Below the pieces are notes generated by a model that saw only the letters and a list, made by a program, of their open reading frames with translations, was not told the origin of the DNA and made no database searches. A DNA stretch of 64,000 bases, taken from positions 1 through 64,000 of the forward strand of contig CDMY01000295.1 in assembly GCA_001179505.1 (NCBI GenBank). Direction: 5' to 3'. Of the stretch, positions 41,319 to 52,970 are shown one piece after another (positions within the stretch are counted from its first letter, which is position 1; each line of letters begins with the position of its first letter). Origin of the DNA: Vitrella brassicaformis CCMP3155 (taxonomy: Eukaryota > Protista > Chromerida). A program made the translations under genes and the position numbers.

Positions 41319-44300
41319 TCAACCACGCCCATAGTCGAGCGACGAGGTCGCCAGCTCCGCTTCTTGTGGGTATGCCCTTCGGCTGCTCAGCGCACGGAAA
41401 GCTGCCGGGCCGTTGACGAATCCAGCACCTGTGGGCACGGCACACAGGGAGGGAGGGAAGGAAGGAGAGACACGAACGAACATTCAACACATCCACTATC
41501 TACCGACCGACAAGCCAGTCGACATACGTACGAACGTATGTACCTGTCTTTTCGTCAATGCCCACATCAAAGCCAGGGGTGGCGGGGTCTGCAGTTACAC
41601 ACACACATACACATATCCATCCATCCATCCATGTGTCCCTCCCTCTGGTCCTTTCACGCTGAGCATACATACCATTCATGTCGTCAGCCGTCTCCATCAG
41701 CAGCATCTGGATCTGTCTGGGCGTCAGGGATGGGTCTTTCTCTCGGATCAGTGCGGCCAAGGCAGCCACATGGGGCGCACTCGCAGAGGTGCCGGAGAAG
41801 TCTAGACAGAAAGAAATAACGAAAGAAGGATAACAGCCACACTCACGTGGCTTGGCTGCCCGGCCGTGTGTGTATCTGCGTGCTATCTGCTTACTTGGAT
41901 TGCCGTCGCCATCAAGGTCGACGTCAGGGAGGTAAGACCGAGAAGGGAAGAAACGCGTGTTGGCGCCTAGAAATGACGCGGCAAACACCACGACCAGTCA
42001 GGCAGGCAGGCAGGCACAGAAACACGTGCATGGGTGTCAGTGTCTCCGTTGGGCGCCTGTGAATCTACCTACCGTCGGGTCCAACGAATTTGACCACCTG
42101 ACGCTCGATGGGCGGGACGATGCGGCTGCCGTTTTTGCGAAAGACCAAGGGGAAGGAGCCTGACAGACGTACAGCATGAGGCCATTCGTGTGACGTGTTG
42201 ATCGATCGATCGATGCTCGGAATGTGTGTCCCTGCCTCGCGATGAGAAGTCGTTGACGAGCGGGGGAGCCGTGCCAAAGTTGGTCGTGTTCTGAGTCACA
42301 CCAGCACCCCCACACACATAAAGCATACCGAGACGCACGACTACTCCGAGTGCGCGTGTGTGTGTATGTATGTATGTAGGTGTGTGTGTGTGTGCATAAG
42401 CCCTTCAGGTACAGCCACTCACAGCGTAGAAGGACGCCCCGACGGCACTCGCGCCTTGTGCATTGCTGTGGCCAAAGGATGTGGGGCTGGTTGACCTCGT
42501 CGGCAGCACGGCGTCATTAGCCATGTCAACAAGGGCGATCAAATTGGGGTCCGGGCCAGGACTGCATCCATCCATCCATCCATCCACCACATGAATGGCC
42601 GTGCGTGTGTGTGCATGGGTGCTGTCTGTACGGGGTGCCAGCCTGCTTGGGAGGTATATATTTGCCGATGCGAAGATTCAGCTCCAGTGGGCTGACGAAC
42701 GGGTTGATGATGGGCAGTACCTCCACTGGATCCGCACCGAAACTAGTTTCCGCCCCAATAAACAGCAGCTGCAGCGGGCGGCTCCTGTCATATCTGATAA
42801 CAACCGTGGTGTGGGTGAGTGTGAGTGTGAGTGTGAGTGTGTGTCTGTGTGTGCACTGTGTCCGTTGCTCTTCACACATACACACATACATGAGAATGTC
42901 GAGGTCTGTTAAAGCGCCTGGGGGGCCAAACACCGTGAAGTGCGGCTGGTCCCACTGCAGCACAAACAGTGACATCACGCCGGGCCCGAGCTGCATACAT
43001 ACATACATGACAGCACAGCGCAGGGGTGTGCGGTTGGTCAGTGTCACTGTCATCATACATACCGTGAAAGGTAGGTCGATGCTCCCTGTCTCTTTGAAGC
43101 GATGGAATTCGTACGTCACCGTTGACCCTGAACGGACGAAAGAAGCCAGTGGGGAGGGAGAGGCTTGGCGCGACGCGCGAGAAGACGCGCATTCACACAC
43201 GTACCATCGGGCAAGGTGACATCCGTCCTCCTCCCAACGTTGTTGAAGCGCCCGAACAGACTGCAAGCATGTGCAGCATGCATGTGGCATCCGCCTTTCC
43301 CCCTGTTGGTGCTCACCCTGGAGTGCCCGTATTCCCCGCAGCCGAGTAGTATGCGGTGCCTTTGGCTGCCACCTTGTTGACGGCCTGCCCCACGATGCTG
43401 CAAGTGACATGATACACGGTGTGTGAGAGTCTGTGCGTGTCTGTGTGGGGATTCTGTACCCTGTTGCAAAAAACGGTTCTGCAGAATATATGATGTCGTC
43501 AACCGTCACACTGCTGGCAGACACACAGAGAGGCACATGTGTACCCAGAAAGCAAATGTGACGTCTCACTCACTCAGCTCAGTCCTTACCATTTCGATTC
43601 GGAGGTAAGCCGCTCGATGCCTGCATGCAGGTCGACACACTCCTTATGCACACACGTACTGTAGACCGATACATCACATCAAGTCAAGTGACGGCTGGTT
43701 GCCGTCTACCTCTGGCGAAATTAGCCTGCCATTGATCAATCCATCCATTCTCGGCTCAGCAGTGATCCGTGAGTGTCAGTCAGCGCACCTGCCCTCCCTG
43801 GGCTGTATGGAAAGCCAGGGCCGGGATGCCGGGCACCACGTCAAATCTGTCGGAACAAGAAGGTGTGCTCACATATGCCTAACTGCAGACATACATACAC
43901 ACACACATGCGTACATGAGTTCGGCAATGCCGCTTCCTTCATCGGTTGGCTCGACTCCTTCCTCCATATCGAGCACCTCATCGATGTCCTGTCATCACAC
44001 CCATGCCACAGACATACAGACAAACAGCATATGCACACCCTCACCCTTGACAGCATTTCTTTTACCTGCAAGACGATGATGTTTTCGGGCAGGTCCCCAC
44101 TCGCAATCAGCTTCTCCTGCCTCCCCAAAAAGTTGAACGAGTCGCTCAGAATCCCGATGCAGCGGAGCGTGGAGCCGTTGACGGCAAAGGTGTCCCTCAC
44201 AATATCGGTTCCCATCGCCTTGTCGCCCTCAGAGGTCACCAGACCGCTCTTGGAGCTCGGCGCACTCGGGCCACCACCACGCCCCTCTCTCCCTGCTCTC

Positions 44301-45133
44301 GGCTCTCTCGCCAGTGAGCTGACAATGGGGCGGGCGCCATAATGTGGGTGTGTCCGACTGGTTGGCCCGATTTTTGCCTGGGCAGCACGGAGCACGCGCA
44401 CGGCCTTGATCCTCGTGAGGTCGCCGATCTTGCCATACCTGCACGTGCGAACATGGCAGAAAGGCAGACAGACAAACACAAACAGGCCGACTGGATGGCT
44501 GGAGGTTTGTTTGTTCGTCTTGAGTACGGCAGCAAGGCGCTGATGACGTGCTGATATCGGGCGACCTTCGTGATGCCCATCCGCTGTAGCCGCCTCTCGA
44601 GGCTCTCGATGCCGCCCTCCTGCCTGAACACCCACGGCATGATGGTCATGTCCACGATCACGCCCTTCGTGGTCGCCTGCGTGTGGGTATCCCGCATGAA
44701 GCGCCGCAGCTTCTCGCTATCGCGGAAGAGTCCCCTGAATGTTTGGAAGGTGGTGGCGAAAGCCACTCCTTTGCTCACGGCGAAAGGGTCCACAGGCAGC
44801 TGCTTGCCCTTGAGAGCCTCATGAAGACGCTTCAGTGCACACAGACACAGAGAGACCAGACAGTCAGAGAAAGTGGTTGGCTCGCCTGCCTGCCTGTTCA
44901 AGATGCAAGAAATGTAGGGTATAGAGTGTGTTATCGATGGAGAGATCCTTGGCCTTTGTCAGCCGCTTCAAGTCCACATCGACAGTCTCAAGGACAGTCT
45001 TGGCAATAGGCGCCACCTCGTCAACAACCCGCTTTTTGCTTTGTGTGTCCGTGCTCGCAACAGGCTTTCGCAGCGTCTGTTGTGCGTGCGCCGTGATGCA
45101 GCAAGCAGCAAAGAAGAGACAGAGATGCCGCAT
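41319..45133 (-). CDS. Secreted subtilase-clan 'S53-like' (DEG) peptidase, copy 2; many exons, including a 16-nt micro-exon at 43725-43710
   Basis: Signal peptide MRHLCLFFAACCITAHA and a propeptide homologous to copy 1. Motifs GLVTSEGD, IGILSDSFN, DEGSGIAELIFDVVPG...AFHTA.GGQANFARG, DDIIYSAEPFF, YYSAAGN, FGHSNA.GA.AVGA, FSGTSASAPHVAALAAL, GFVNG. Confidence 0.9.
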
Positions 45134-45290
45134 CGGCGCCTTGTCGGCCGTTGGTGGCAGTTAGGCTGGTGAATCCTGGCCGACGACAGCCGAGCGAAGA
45201 AACGCAGGATGCCGGCTGCAAAGTGCGAGTGCGTTCAAGCGAGATGGCCTGAAGAAAACGCCGAGTGGACTCAGTGACGGCCACAGAATG

Positions 45291-45546
45291 AGTGAGCCCA
45301 CTCACGGTCTCTGGTTGTGAGCATCGAGCATGAACAGAGAGAGATGTGAGCACGGTTTTTCGTAAGCGGCATGGCATCTGTGGCCGTATTGATGATACGA
45401 ATGAGTCAAGACACACATACACACACTCTGGCTGTGTCTGACATGCACCGGCATGCCAATCAGAAACACACACACAGAGACCAATCATGGCAAAAGGACA
45501 ACCATCAGCTATCAAGCCATCAAGCAACCATCCGATGCACTCACTG
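45291..45546 (+). repeat. Composite dispersed repeat: segment A' (45291-45388) immediately followed by segment B (45394-45546)
   Basis: A' matches 40527-40659. B matches 48184-48412 and includes an exact 34-bp match, CACACACTCTGGCTGTGTCTGACATGCACCGGCA. Confidence 0.9.
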
Positions 45547-45636
45547 ATTGGAACATTCATGTCAAGCACACAGTGTGTACACAGCCACACAAGCTTGTCA
45601 GCCTCCCACTTACATCCCCTCCATCCTCCCCCGCGC

Positions 45637-46365
45637 TCAGAGCATTGGAATCAATCCGACCCGCTTCCTGAAGACACAGACACGTCCATTAGCTGTGCAT
45701 CCGAAGCATGAATGTGCCTCCCAGCCCTCCCTCCCTCCCCTCTCACCCGTCAGAAAGTAGGAAGGGCACGTGTACTTCAGTGACGTACCGAAAAGCACCT
45801 CTTGCTCATTCAGTGAGGGCACAATCCACGTGATGCCCGTATCTCTCTCCCTCCTTGTCATTGCCTGTGACGGTCTAGTCCTCCCCCCAGCCGCACCCCG
45901 CAGCCACACACACACTTGTACGATGGTGCTGGACTGCGGGTGGCCGAAGGATAGCTCACGGCGAGCTGCACATAGGTCGATCTTGTCCTTGTCTGGGTAG
46001 CGGGAGTCTGGCTGGGGAAGGACAGTGCCGCGCTTGGTGCACTGATAGCACCAAATCTCTTGCAGCCGGCCGTCCATCGTCACAGCAATGAAGAAATCGA
46101 ATGTCGGGAAAGAGTGCCCCTGCAATACGAATGCTGCGTGCCCCGTCTTGAGCTGTGTGTGCCACTCAAGATGAGTTGATAGCCATCCCGTTTCTTCGAG
46201 AGCTGAGCCGAGGATATCATCAGTGCTGCTCCAGGTGCCACTCGAAATGTGTCCTCCAAATTGACACCCCGGCTGCTGCACGACGACTTCGGGCAGGAGG
46301 TCAGTGAGCTCTGTGGGCATGGCTGGGAGGCCCTGAGAGCCTTGGCCCTTGAGCAACATATCACT

Positions 46366-46397
<32 letters not shown>

Positions 46398-47965
46398 GTA
46401 CGCACGCCCGCGCGCATGAACCATGTATATACCTTCCCCTGACCTGTATCAGTCGCAATAGAACCGCTGCCGCACAAGATCCCTCCCACTCCTTGCCCGA
46501 CTCATGGATGCTGATGAGACGCCCCAAATTGTGCGCGATGACATTTAAACCCTGACGCACATGCACGCCGAGCCTGCGTTCGAGGGGGTAGAGAGATAGG
46601 CTTTTGAAGACTCCAGAGAGATAGCATGCAGGCCACACGTGGAGGACAGGGCCCTTCTGTTGTCTGCTCGACGACTCCTCTTCAGCCTTGGTGCCCTCTG
46701 ACTGTTGCCTCTCCCCTTCCTTGAAGACGTCCAATAGCTTAGACCATTCCTTGACGGTATCGCAGCTTGGCTGGTTCCCGTTGACGGCTGTTGTCAGGAC
46801 GCACCGCAGGAGATTGACCGCTGCATCGGGTTCATTGGCTGCCGGGCTGCCCCATAGAAGCTGAACCTTTGCATCGAGGGGCTCCTTAGTGTGACGCCAA
46901 TCACAAATTAATCCAGGGGACCTACCGGCCCAGCAAACCTCGCCCGGCTTCGCGCGAAGGAGGCTCCGCACGTGGCTGAGGTCTTGTTCGTCGATAACAG
47001 GGAGCTGCGGTTGGAGCACTGGCCTGTTGCTGTCAGAGGCAAGGAAGTCGTTGAGGCTGCTCGAAGTGGCGGCGACGTGGGTGGTAAAGACAAAGTACCG
47101 GTTTTTTCTGAGCAAGAATGTGCTCTTCAGGTACTTGCCGAGTTCTTGGTACTCACTGCTGTCCCTCTCAGGACGCACGAACTCTAGAAAGAAACAAAAA
47201 GACACATGCATGAGCCGTGCATTCTAAACATACAGTGCACCCCTGCCATCCTTACGATTTAGCTCGTCGATCAGCAGCACACATGGATGAGACGACAGCC
47301 AGGCATCGACGGTCTCTTGATCGACGTTCGCGTGGCTGGCGAAGTGATCGAAGTAGAGATCAGCCACGTCTTCACCAGCTGCCTTGGCCACCTTCTCTTT
47401 CAACTCATCTTTTGCAGCAGCCCACGCAAGTCGCATGAGCAGCGGCCGTGTAGTGGTGCCTTCCCTCCGCTTAAGAGCGGTCTGGTCGCAGAAGCCTATG
47501 TAGATAGGGCTGAGGCCCTCTTCCTTCAGCTTGCGACCGACCTGTGCAATAAGCATGCGATCGAGTCGAGTCAAAAGGGAGGGGTTGCACGGCGGGACTT
47601 TGAGCGAATCGACTCAATCCGTGTACCTCCGTGAGCATGCGTGTCTTGCCGCCACGGGAGAAGCGGGTCAGGGACATTGGCGCCACGCGATGGTCGGTGA
47701 AGTCTGTGGCTTGTCGGTACTCAGGCAGCAGAAGTGCATACACCTTGTTGACCGCTGATGCCCCGATGAACTCCGGAGGCTCAGATATCTCCAATTCCGG
47801 CAGCGGGACATCAGCGGGGAGGTGAAGGTCGCTCACTGTCACTTGAACGGGCTCTGCACACACATGTCACACACACGTCCGTGACCTGCCCTGTCTGTAT
47901 GTGCCTTCTCGTGTCGTATACGTACCGTCCAACTTCCTTTTTTTGGACTGAGCAGCTTCACTCAT
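45637..47965 (-). CDS. Crinkler/RHS-type protein: N-terminal NLS, P-loop NTPase and C-terminal restriction-endonuclease-fold domain; about 5 exons
   Basis: Exon 1 MSEAAQSKKRKLD (47965-47926). Walker A-like TRFSRGGKT (about 47643-47669), Walker B CVLLIDE (about 47261-47282), nuclease-type HSFPTFDFFIAV...IWCYQCT (about 46116-46037). The exact 3' end is uncertain. Confidence 0.8.
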
Positions 47966-48183
47966 GCTGTACGTGGCAGGGAAAACCGGTTCACGCGTGC
48001 GTGATCTGGCAGCAGGAGATCTGCAAGATGCAGCAGTTTCAGACTCGCAGACAGAGGGTTTCAGACAGAGACCGTTTGCGAGCTTGGCTTAAGTTCTCGC
48101 CCGGACGACGTCTTCCATCGGCACACAACGCAGAGAGAGTGCGCGTCAGTCAATCAAACCACATCAACACCTTCATGATGATT

Positions 48184-48412
48184 GATACGACTGAGTCAAG
48201 ACACGCATATGCTGTGCGTATCCTGGCCGGATCTGCGTCGGTGTGTATGTGTCCTCACAGCTGTCGGCACACGTCCACACACTCTGGCTGTGTCTGACAT
48301 GCACCGGCACGCGAGTCAGAATAAACACACAAACAGACAGACCGCCCCAACAACGGCACCCATTACTCATCAAGCCGTCAAGCAATCACAATCCGATGCG
48401 ATGCACTCACTG
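48184..48412 (+). repeat. Dispersed repeat segment B' (direct repeat of 45394-45546, with an insertion of about 70 nt)
   Basis: GATACGAcTGAGTCAAGACAC (48184-48204), exact 34-mer (48276-48309), ATCAAGCCgTCAAGCAA (48369-48385) and GATGCACTCACTG (48400-48412), collinear with segment B. Confidence 0.9.
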
Positions 48413-48687
48413 CACTCACTTCACTCACTATATACCATCCAGTAACCAGACCTCTGTCTATCAGACTACCCTGCTCCTTCTCTCAGCCCTCTGCACAACC
48501 TATCTCTGTATCTATCTACATCCCGCCAGACAGAGAGAGAGGGGCATATCTTGCCCCATTGTCGCGCCGCTCCCTGGTGGCTGAACAGCACCTCAGCCGC
48601 CTGCTGGGTGCTGTGCTTGGAGAGGTCGGTCAGTTGCCGGGAGACGAAGGTCTGGTTCGCCCGCCTGATGACCACCATCATGTGCAG

Positions 48688-49736
48688 CTAAGCTGCCTCC
48701 TCCTCGGGCGGCGGGTACAGCGATGGGTTGATAAACGGGATCAGCGCCAGCGTGATCACGTGCGCACCGTACCTGCATTGCATTACATCCATCCATCCAT
48801 CTACGTCACCCAGCGAGAATGACACAACACACACGACAGACACATCACGGTGTGAGTGGTGTTCCTTACTGGATGCGGTCGATGGCACCGTGTGTGAGCA
48901 CGCCGACCACCCCCAGGCCCCGCTTGACGTCAGTAGTGCCGAAGACGTGGTCGCACGCATAGCCCAGCTCGACGCCAGCTTTGACCCGCTCCGCAATGCC
49001 TGCACACACAATCACACCACCGGGCCACCACAAAAGAAAATGGGCAAGGTGCGTCGTCCGCATCTGTGTCCACAGATGCAGCCATCCATCCATGTGTTGT
49101 GTGGTGTGGTGGGATGGAGTGCGTCCCTCAGGCTCTACGAGTAGCTCTCATCGACGAATGCGTCTCGGGTAGATAAAGAACCTTAAGTGTCTTATCATCC
49201 TCAGGACCACCCGCCCACCCACCCACCCACCCACCCCAGTGCACACACCCCACCCACTCACTTTGTGGCAGCGTGAAGCTCCCCGAGCGCGCCCATTTCG
49301 TGTTGTCTTTGTCGGCCACCACGCCCCATGAGAACACACACAGGCCCCACTCTTGCCAGAAACACCCGCCCTCCACCGCACACCAGTAGTCGGCGTCAGG
49401 CCGCTTGCGCTTGGCCTCACACACACGGTTCTTAGCGCCCTGCAGAGTCTCCTCGTCACCTGCAGGTCACGATGCATTGCATGCCAGCAGCCAAACAAAC
49501 ACGCCAGTGGATGGAGAAACGTGTTCGTGTCTGTGTTGATGCACTTCACGCAACCCACCGAACGGTTGATCTGCCACCCCGGTGTCCACAGCAATGCCCT
49601 CCACCTCGATAGATCTGCCGCTGAAGTGCTCGAGGGACGAGAAGGCCCGACGGACGGACTCTATCTTGGCGCTGTTGGTGGATCCTACTACGATGCGCAG
49701 CGGGGAAGGTGCTATCGACGTCTGATGATGGTTCAT
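48688..49736 (-). CDS. yjjX: YjjX-family non-canonical purine NTP phosphatase (ITPase/XTPase); 4 exons
   Basis: IVVGSTNSAKIESVRRAF...VDTGVADQPFGDEETLQGAKNRV...DADYWCAVEGG...SGSFTLPQ...VELG...GVVGVLTHGAIDR.QY...ITLALIPFINPSLY, collinear with E. coli YjjX as I recall it. Confidence 0.9.
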
Positions 49737-49759
49737 GAGGTTTCCTCAGGATACCATTC

Positions 49760-49789
49760 GGGTTTAGGGTTCCTAAACCCTAAACCCTA
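49760..49789. repeat. Interstitial inverted telomere-type repeat (TTTAGGG/CCCTAAA) forming a 12-bp perfect stem with a 4-nt loop
   Basis: GGGTTTAGGGTT (49760-49771), loop CCTA, AACCCTAAACCC (49776-49787); lies 23 nt upstream of the yjjX ATG. Confidence 0.92.
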
Positions 49790-51485
49790 TTCGCCTGAAT
49801 GCACTCTTCCCCGCTTTGGTCGACCGTGTGTCGGGAGGAGGAGAAATGCATCGCATTCATTGCATTCAGGGGTTCTCCCAGGCAGGCAGGCAGGCAGGCA
49901 GGCATGCACACTACCCACACACACCGACACATGCACGCAGACACAGACAGTCAGTGTCACAGTAAGTGTATATACTTGCAGCGTATGTGCATGGGGAACA
50001 CTGTCAGTCACTGTTCGTGGCGGGCCAACACAGGAGCAGCAGACAGGCAAGGCAAGGCAAGGCAAGAATGGTGGCAAAAATACATGCATTCATCCCCCCA
50101 GAGGGCGGCTGGCTGCCAACAGACAGACAGACAGACAGACAGATGGACGGACGGACGATCGATGCACGGCACGGCATGCAGGTCCTTTCAGGGCATTCAC
50201 ATGCACGTGACTCATGCATAAGTAAGGCGTGTAAGCAAGTACGTACCCATGTTGGTTGGTTTATATGCAGCCCAGCAGCCTACCAAAAAGCCCCGAGCGA
50301 CCGTCTGTGTGTGCACCAGCCAGGTAGTCTGTAGTGGAGAGAGATCATTGATCGACTCGACTCAAAATCGCAGCGGGGGGGCCGCCCCCGCATGTACGCC
50401 GACCGCCACGCCACCTGGATGTAGGTACACGCGCACTCACTGCTGTCTGCCTGACTGCCCGTCCTCTCTGTGGCACCGCAAAAATCGCAGCGGAGCGACC
50501 AAGGCAGTGGTGAGAAAGAGATGCGTGTCAGTCATGTGTACACTCACTGTGTGTATGGTATGTGTGCAGTCAAGAGATACATGTGACCATCGGTCAGCGA
50601 AGAGCAGGGAGGACGGCGGGACAGTGAGTGAGGAAGCGGCATTTCGTCATGTTGCGTCCAGATCCTGCTGGCTGTTGCTCGTGTGTGTGCTCTCCTGGCG
50701 TGTTGACGTCTTGTGAGCCTCCCCGCAACGAGATGGCTGTCCACTCAGACTTGGTGGGCAGCCAAGTCATTTCAGGCCGCGCCACGAGACTTCAACACAC
50801 CCGGAACCACGGGAACAAAACGGAGAGAGATCCTCACTGTCAGGTCACACACGAATGGGTGCACGTGTCTGAGTGTGTCTGTGCGTGTGCGAGTCGTAGC
50901 GTACCAGTCAGCCAGTAAGTACTTGCCCCCTGTCTGCCCTGCCCTTTACTAGTACACCCATACACAACCCTCTTCCCCTCTTCCCCTCCCCCACGCTCCT
51001 CCCTGTATGGTACTGCAGCCATCCACATATCATATGCCACCTCACCTCAGCTCACCTCACGTGTGTGTGATAGTCAGTCAGTGTATCTTTGTGTGACTGG
51101 TCCATCCATCACGTCAACAGCCGACACACCATGCAGTGAGTGCAAGTATCCACGACAACGACGCATAAAATGCCCCCCTCTGTCTGTCCTTCCTCACCAG
51201 CCAGCCAGGCATGGGCAGCCCCGCCACGGGCCTTCAGCTGCAGTACTGCACCAGTGAGGAAAAAGTCACGCTACCTCCCAACACCCAACACAACACAACA
51301 CGACAGCGCCCCCATCCGTCCCTCCGTCCATCCGGGCCTCAAATAACAAGGCCATCCATCCACCCCATCATGTATACCACCAAACCCTCTATGAAAAACA
51401 CTTTGCGCGTCCCCCTCTCCCCGCTATATGACGACAATACAAGAGAAGGCAAGGCAGGGCAAGGGAGACGACTGAGGCAGGCAGT

Positions 51486-52134
51486 CTAGTCGTCGATTTC
51501 GACCTTCATCCGTATGTTGCCCTCTAATCTGTCGTCGTCGTCATCGTCGTTGTCGTCGTCCATGAACTCGTACTCGCCCTCGGCCAACTCCCCATCACCC
51601 TGGAGGCGGTCCTCATCCGCCGCCGCCGGACGGTCACCGCCGGCGCTCGAATCGTCGGACATATCTGAGCATGGCATGGATGGATGGATGGAGGAAAGGC
51701 GAGAGGGAGAGAGGGAGAGAGGGTGGATGGGCGGTTTGGTATTGGATGTGTGTGCGTACCAACAGCATCGCTGTTCTCGGATTCGGACCGTTGTAACCGG
51801 GACAACTTGCTGAGAGAGAAGGGATGGATGAAAGGATACATACATACATACATAAGAACACACTCTGTCAGTCAGTGTCTTGACCTATCTATCACATCTA
51901 TCTATCCTATTTTATCACATGTATACACACGCTGACTGACGAACGCCCCTCACCTCTTGGTGGCCCAGGCCAGGACGAGAATGCGTCCCTGTGACTTATC
52001 GACAAAGAAGTAGTCGGTGGACCAGAGGAAAGCCGTGCCGAAGTTGAAGTTGACGTCCTCCTCGTCGGGCTGGAACCGATACACCTCCACGCTCGACAAA
52101 TCCACACAACTCTGATTGATTGATCGACACACCC

Positions 52135-52165
<31 letters not shown>

Positions 52166-52970
52166 AACAGACAGAGATTGGCCCGATAGATTGAAGCGTC
52201 AAGCCAAGGCAAGGCAGCACAGATTCTCACCCGCACGGCTGTCCAGAGTTCTCTCATAAAGTGGGGCCCGAATTGCCGCTCGAGGTGAATGGCGAGGTTG
52301 CAGTTGACCGAGTGGACCACCTGGTTCAGATCAGCCTCCAACACAAACTTGTCAGCCGTCAACGTACTGATCACACACACGCACGCACGCACGCACGCAC
52401 ACAGAGAGATGTTCCTCTTGCTGCGTGTGCCTGCTCTCGCTCTGTGACGGACCTGAAGTCATAGTCCGGGAAGGACTGATTGAGAGTGCTGATGAGATTG
52501 ACCAGCACCTCCTTGACATGCGACGGGTCCGAGTGCACCGTCAGCTTCGGCGACGACGACCCAAACTGACCCACGTCCTTCTCCCTCCCCTTCCGCACCA
52601 TCAACAACCCACCTTGACCCACACCGCCTCCAACACCACCGACACCACCACTAACACCAGCACTAACCGCACCACCGGCAGAGGCAGAGGCAGAAGCAGA
52701 AGCACTCCCACTGGCAGCAGTTGGGCTGGCATCACTCCGCCCGCTGATGCTCATGCCGCTGCCCCGCCGGAGCATACTGGTGGGTGAGGACGATGATGCG
52801 TCCGAGGATGAGGACATGCCGCTGCCGACTGTTTCGGACAGCCGCCGCTCCGATGCCGTCTTGGTGCACGAGAAGAGCTCCACCTTGCCGCGGATGACGC
52901 GGTCGCCGACGTCCACGTGACGCATTTGGGCTGACAGGTGCGCCAAGGTCGGGTTCTCCAGGAACTTCAT
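51486..52970 (-). CDS. MAF1: Maf1, repressor of RNA polymerase III transcription; multi-exon
   Basis: MKFLENPTL...IRGKVELFSC, LVNLISTLNQSFPDYDF, ELWTA...I.VDLSSVEVYRFQPD, FLWSTDYFFVDK...RILVL and an acidic C-terminus. Ser/Ala/Gly low-complexity insertion between boxes A and B. Confidence 0.95.

Noticed and set aside
40527-48412. Repeats A and B considered as a CRISPR array or as LTRs of a retrotransposon
   Set aside because: There is no regular repeat-spacer periodicity, no TG...CA termini or primer-binding site, and no gag/pol between the copies.
48466-48687. About 73 open codons in frame after the yjjX TAG (possible read-through)
   Set aside because: YjjX homology is complete before the stop, the TAG-CTG context is not a known read-through signal, and the extension runs into simple repeats.
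50249-50920. Possible small plus-strand gene between yjjX and MAF1, with a 13-bp repeat AAAATCGCAGCGG at 50364 and 50481
   Set aside because: I could not build a consistent spliced frame or find a motif, so it is left unannotated.
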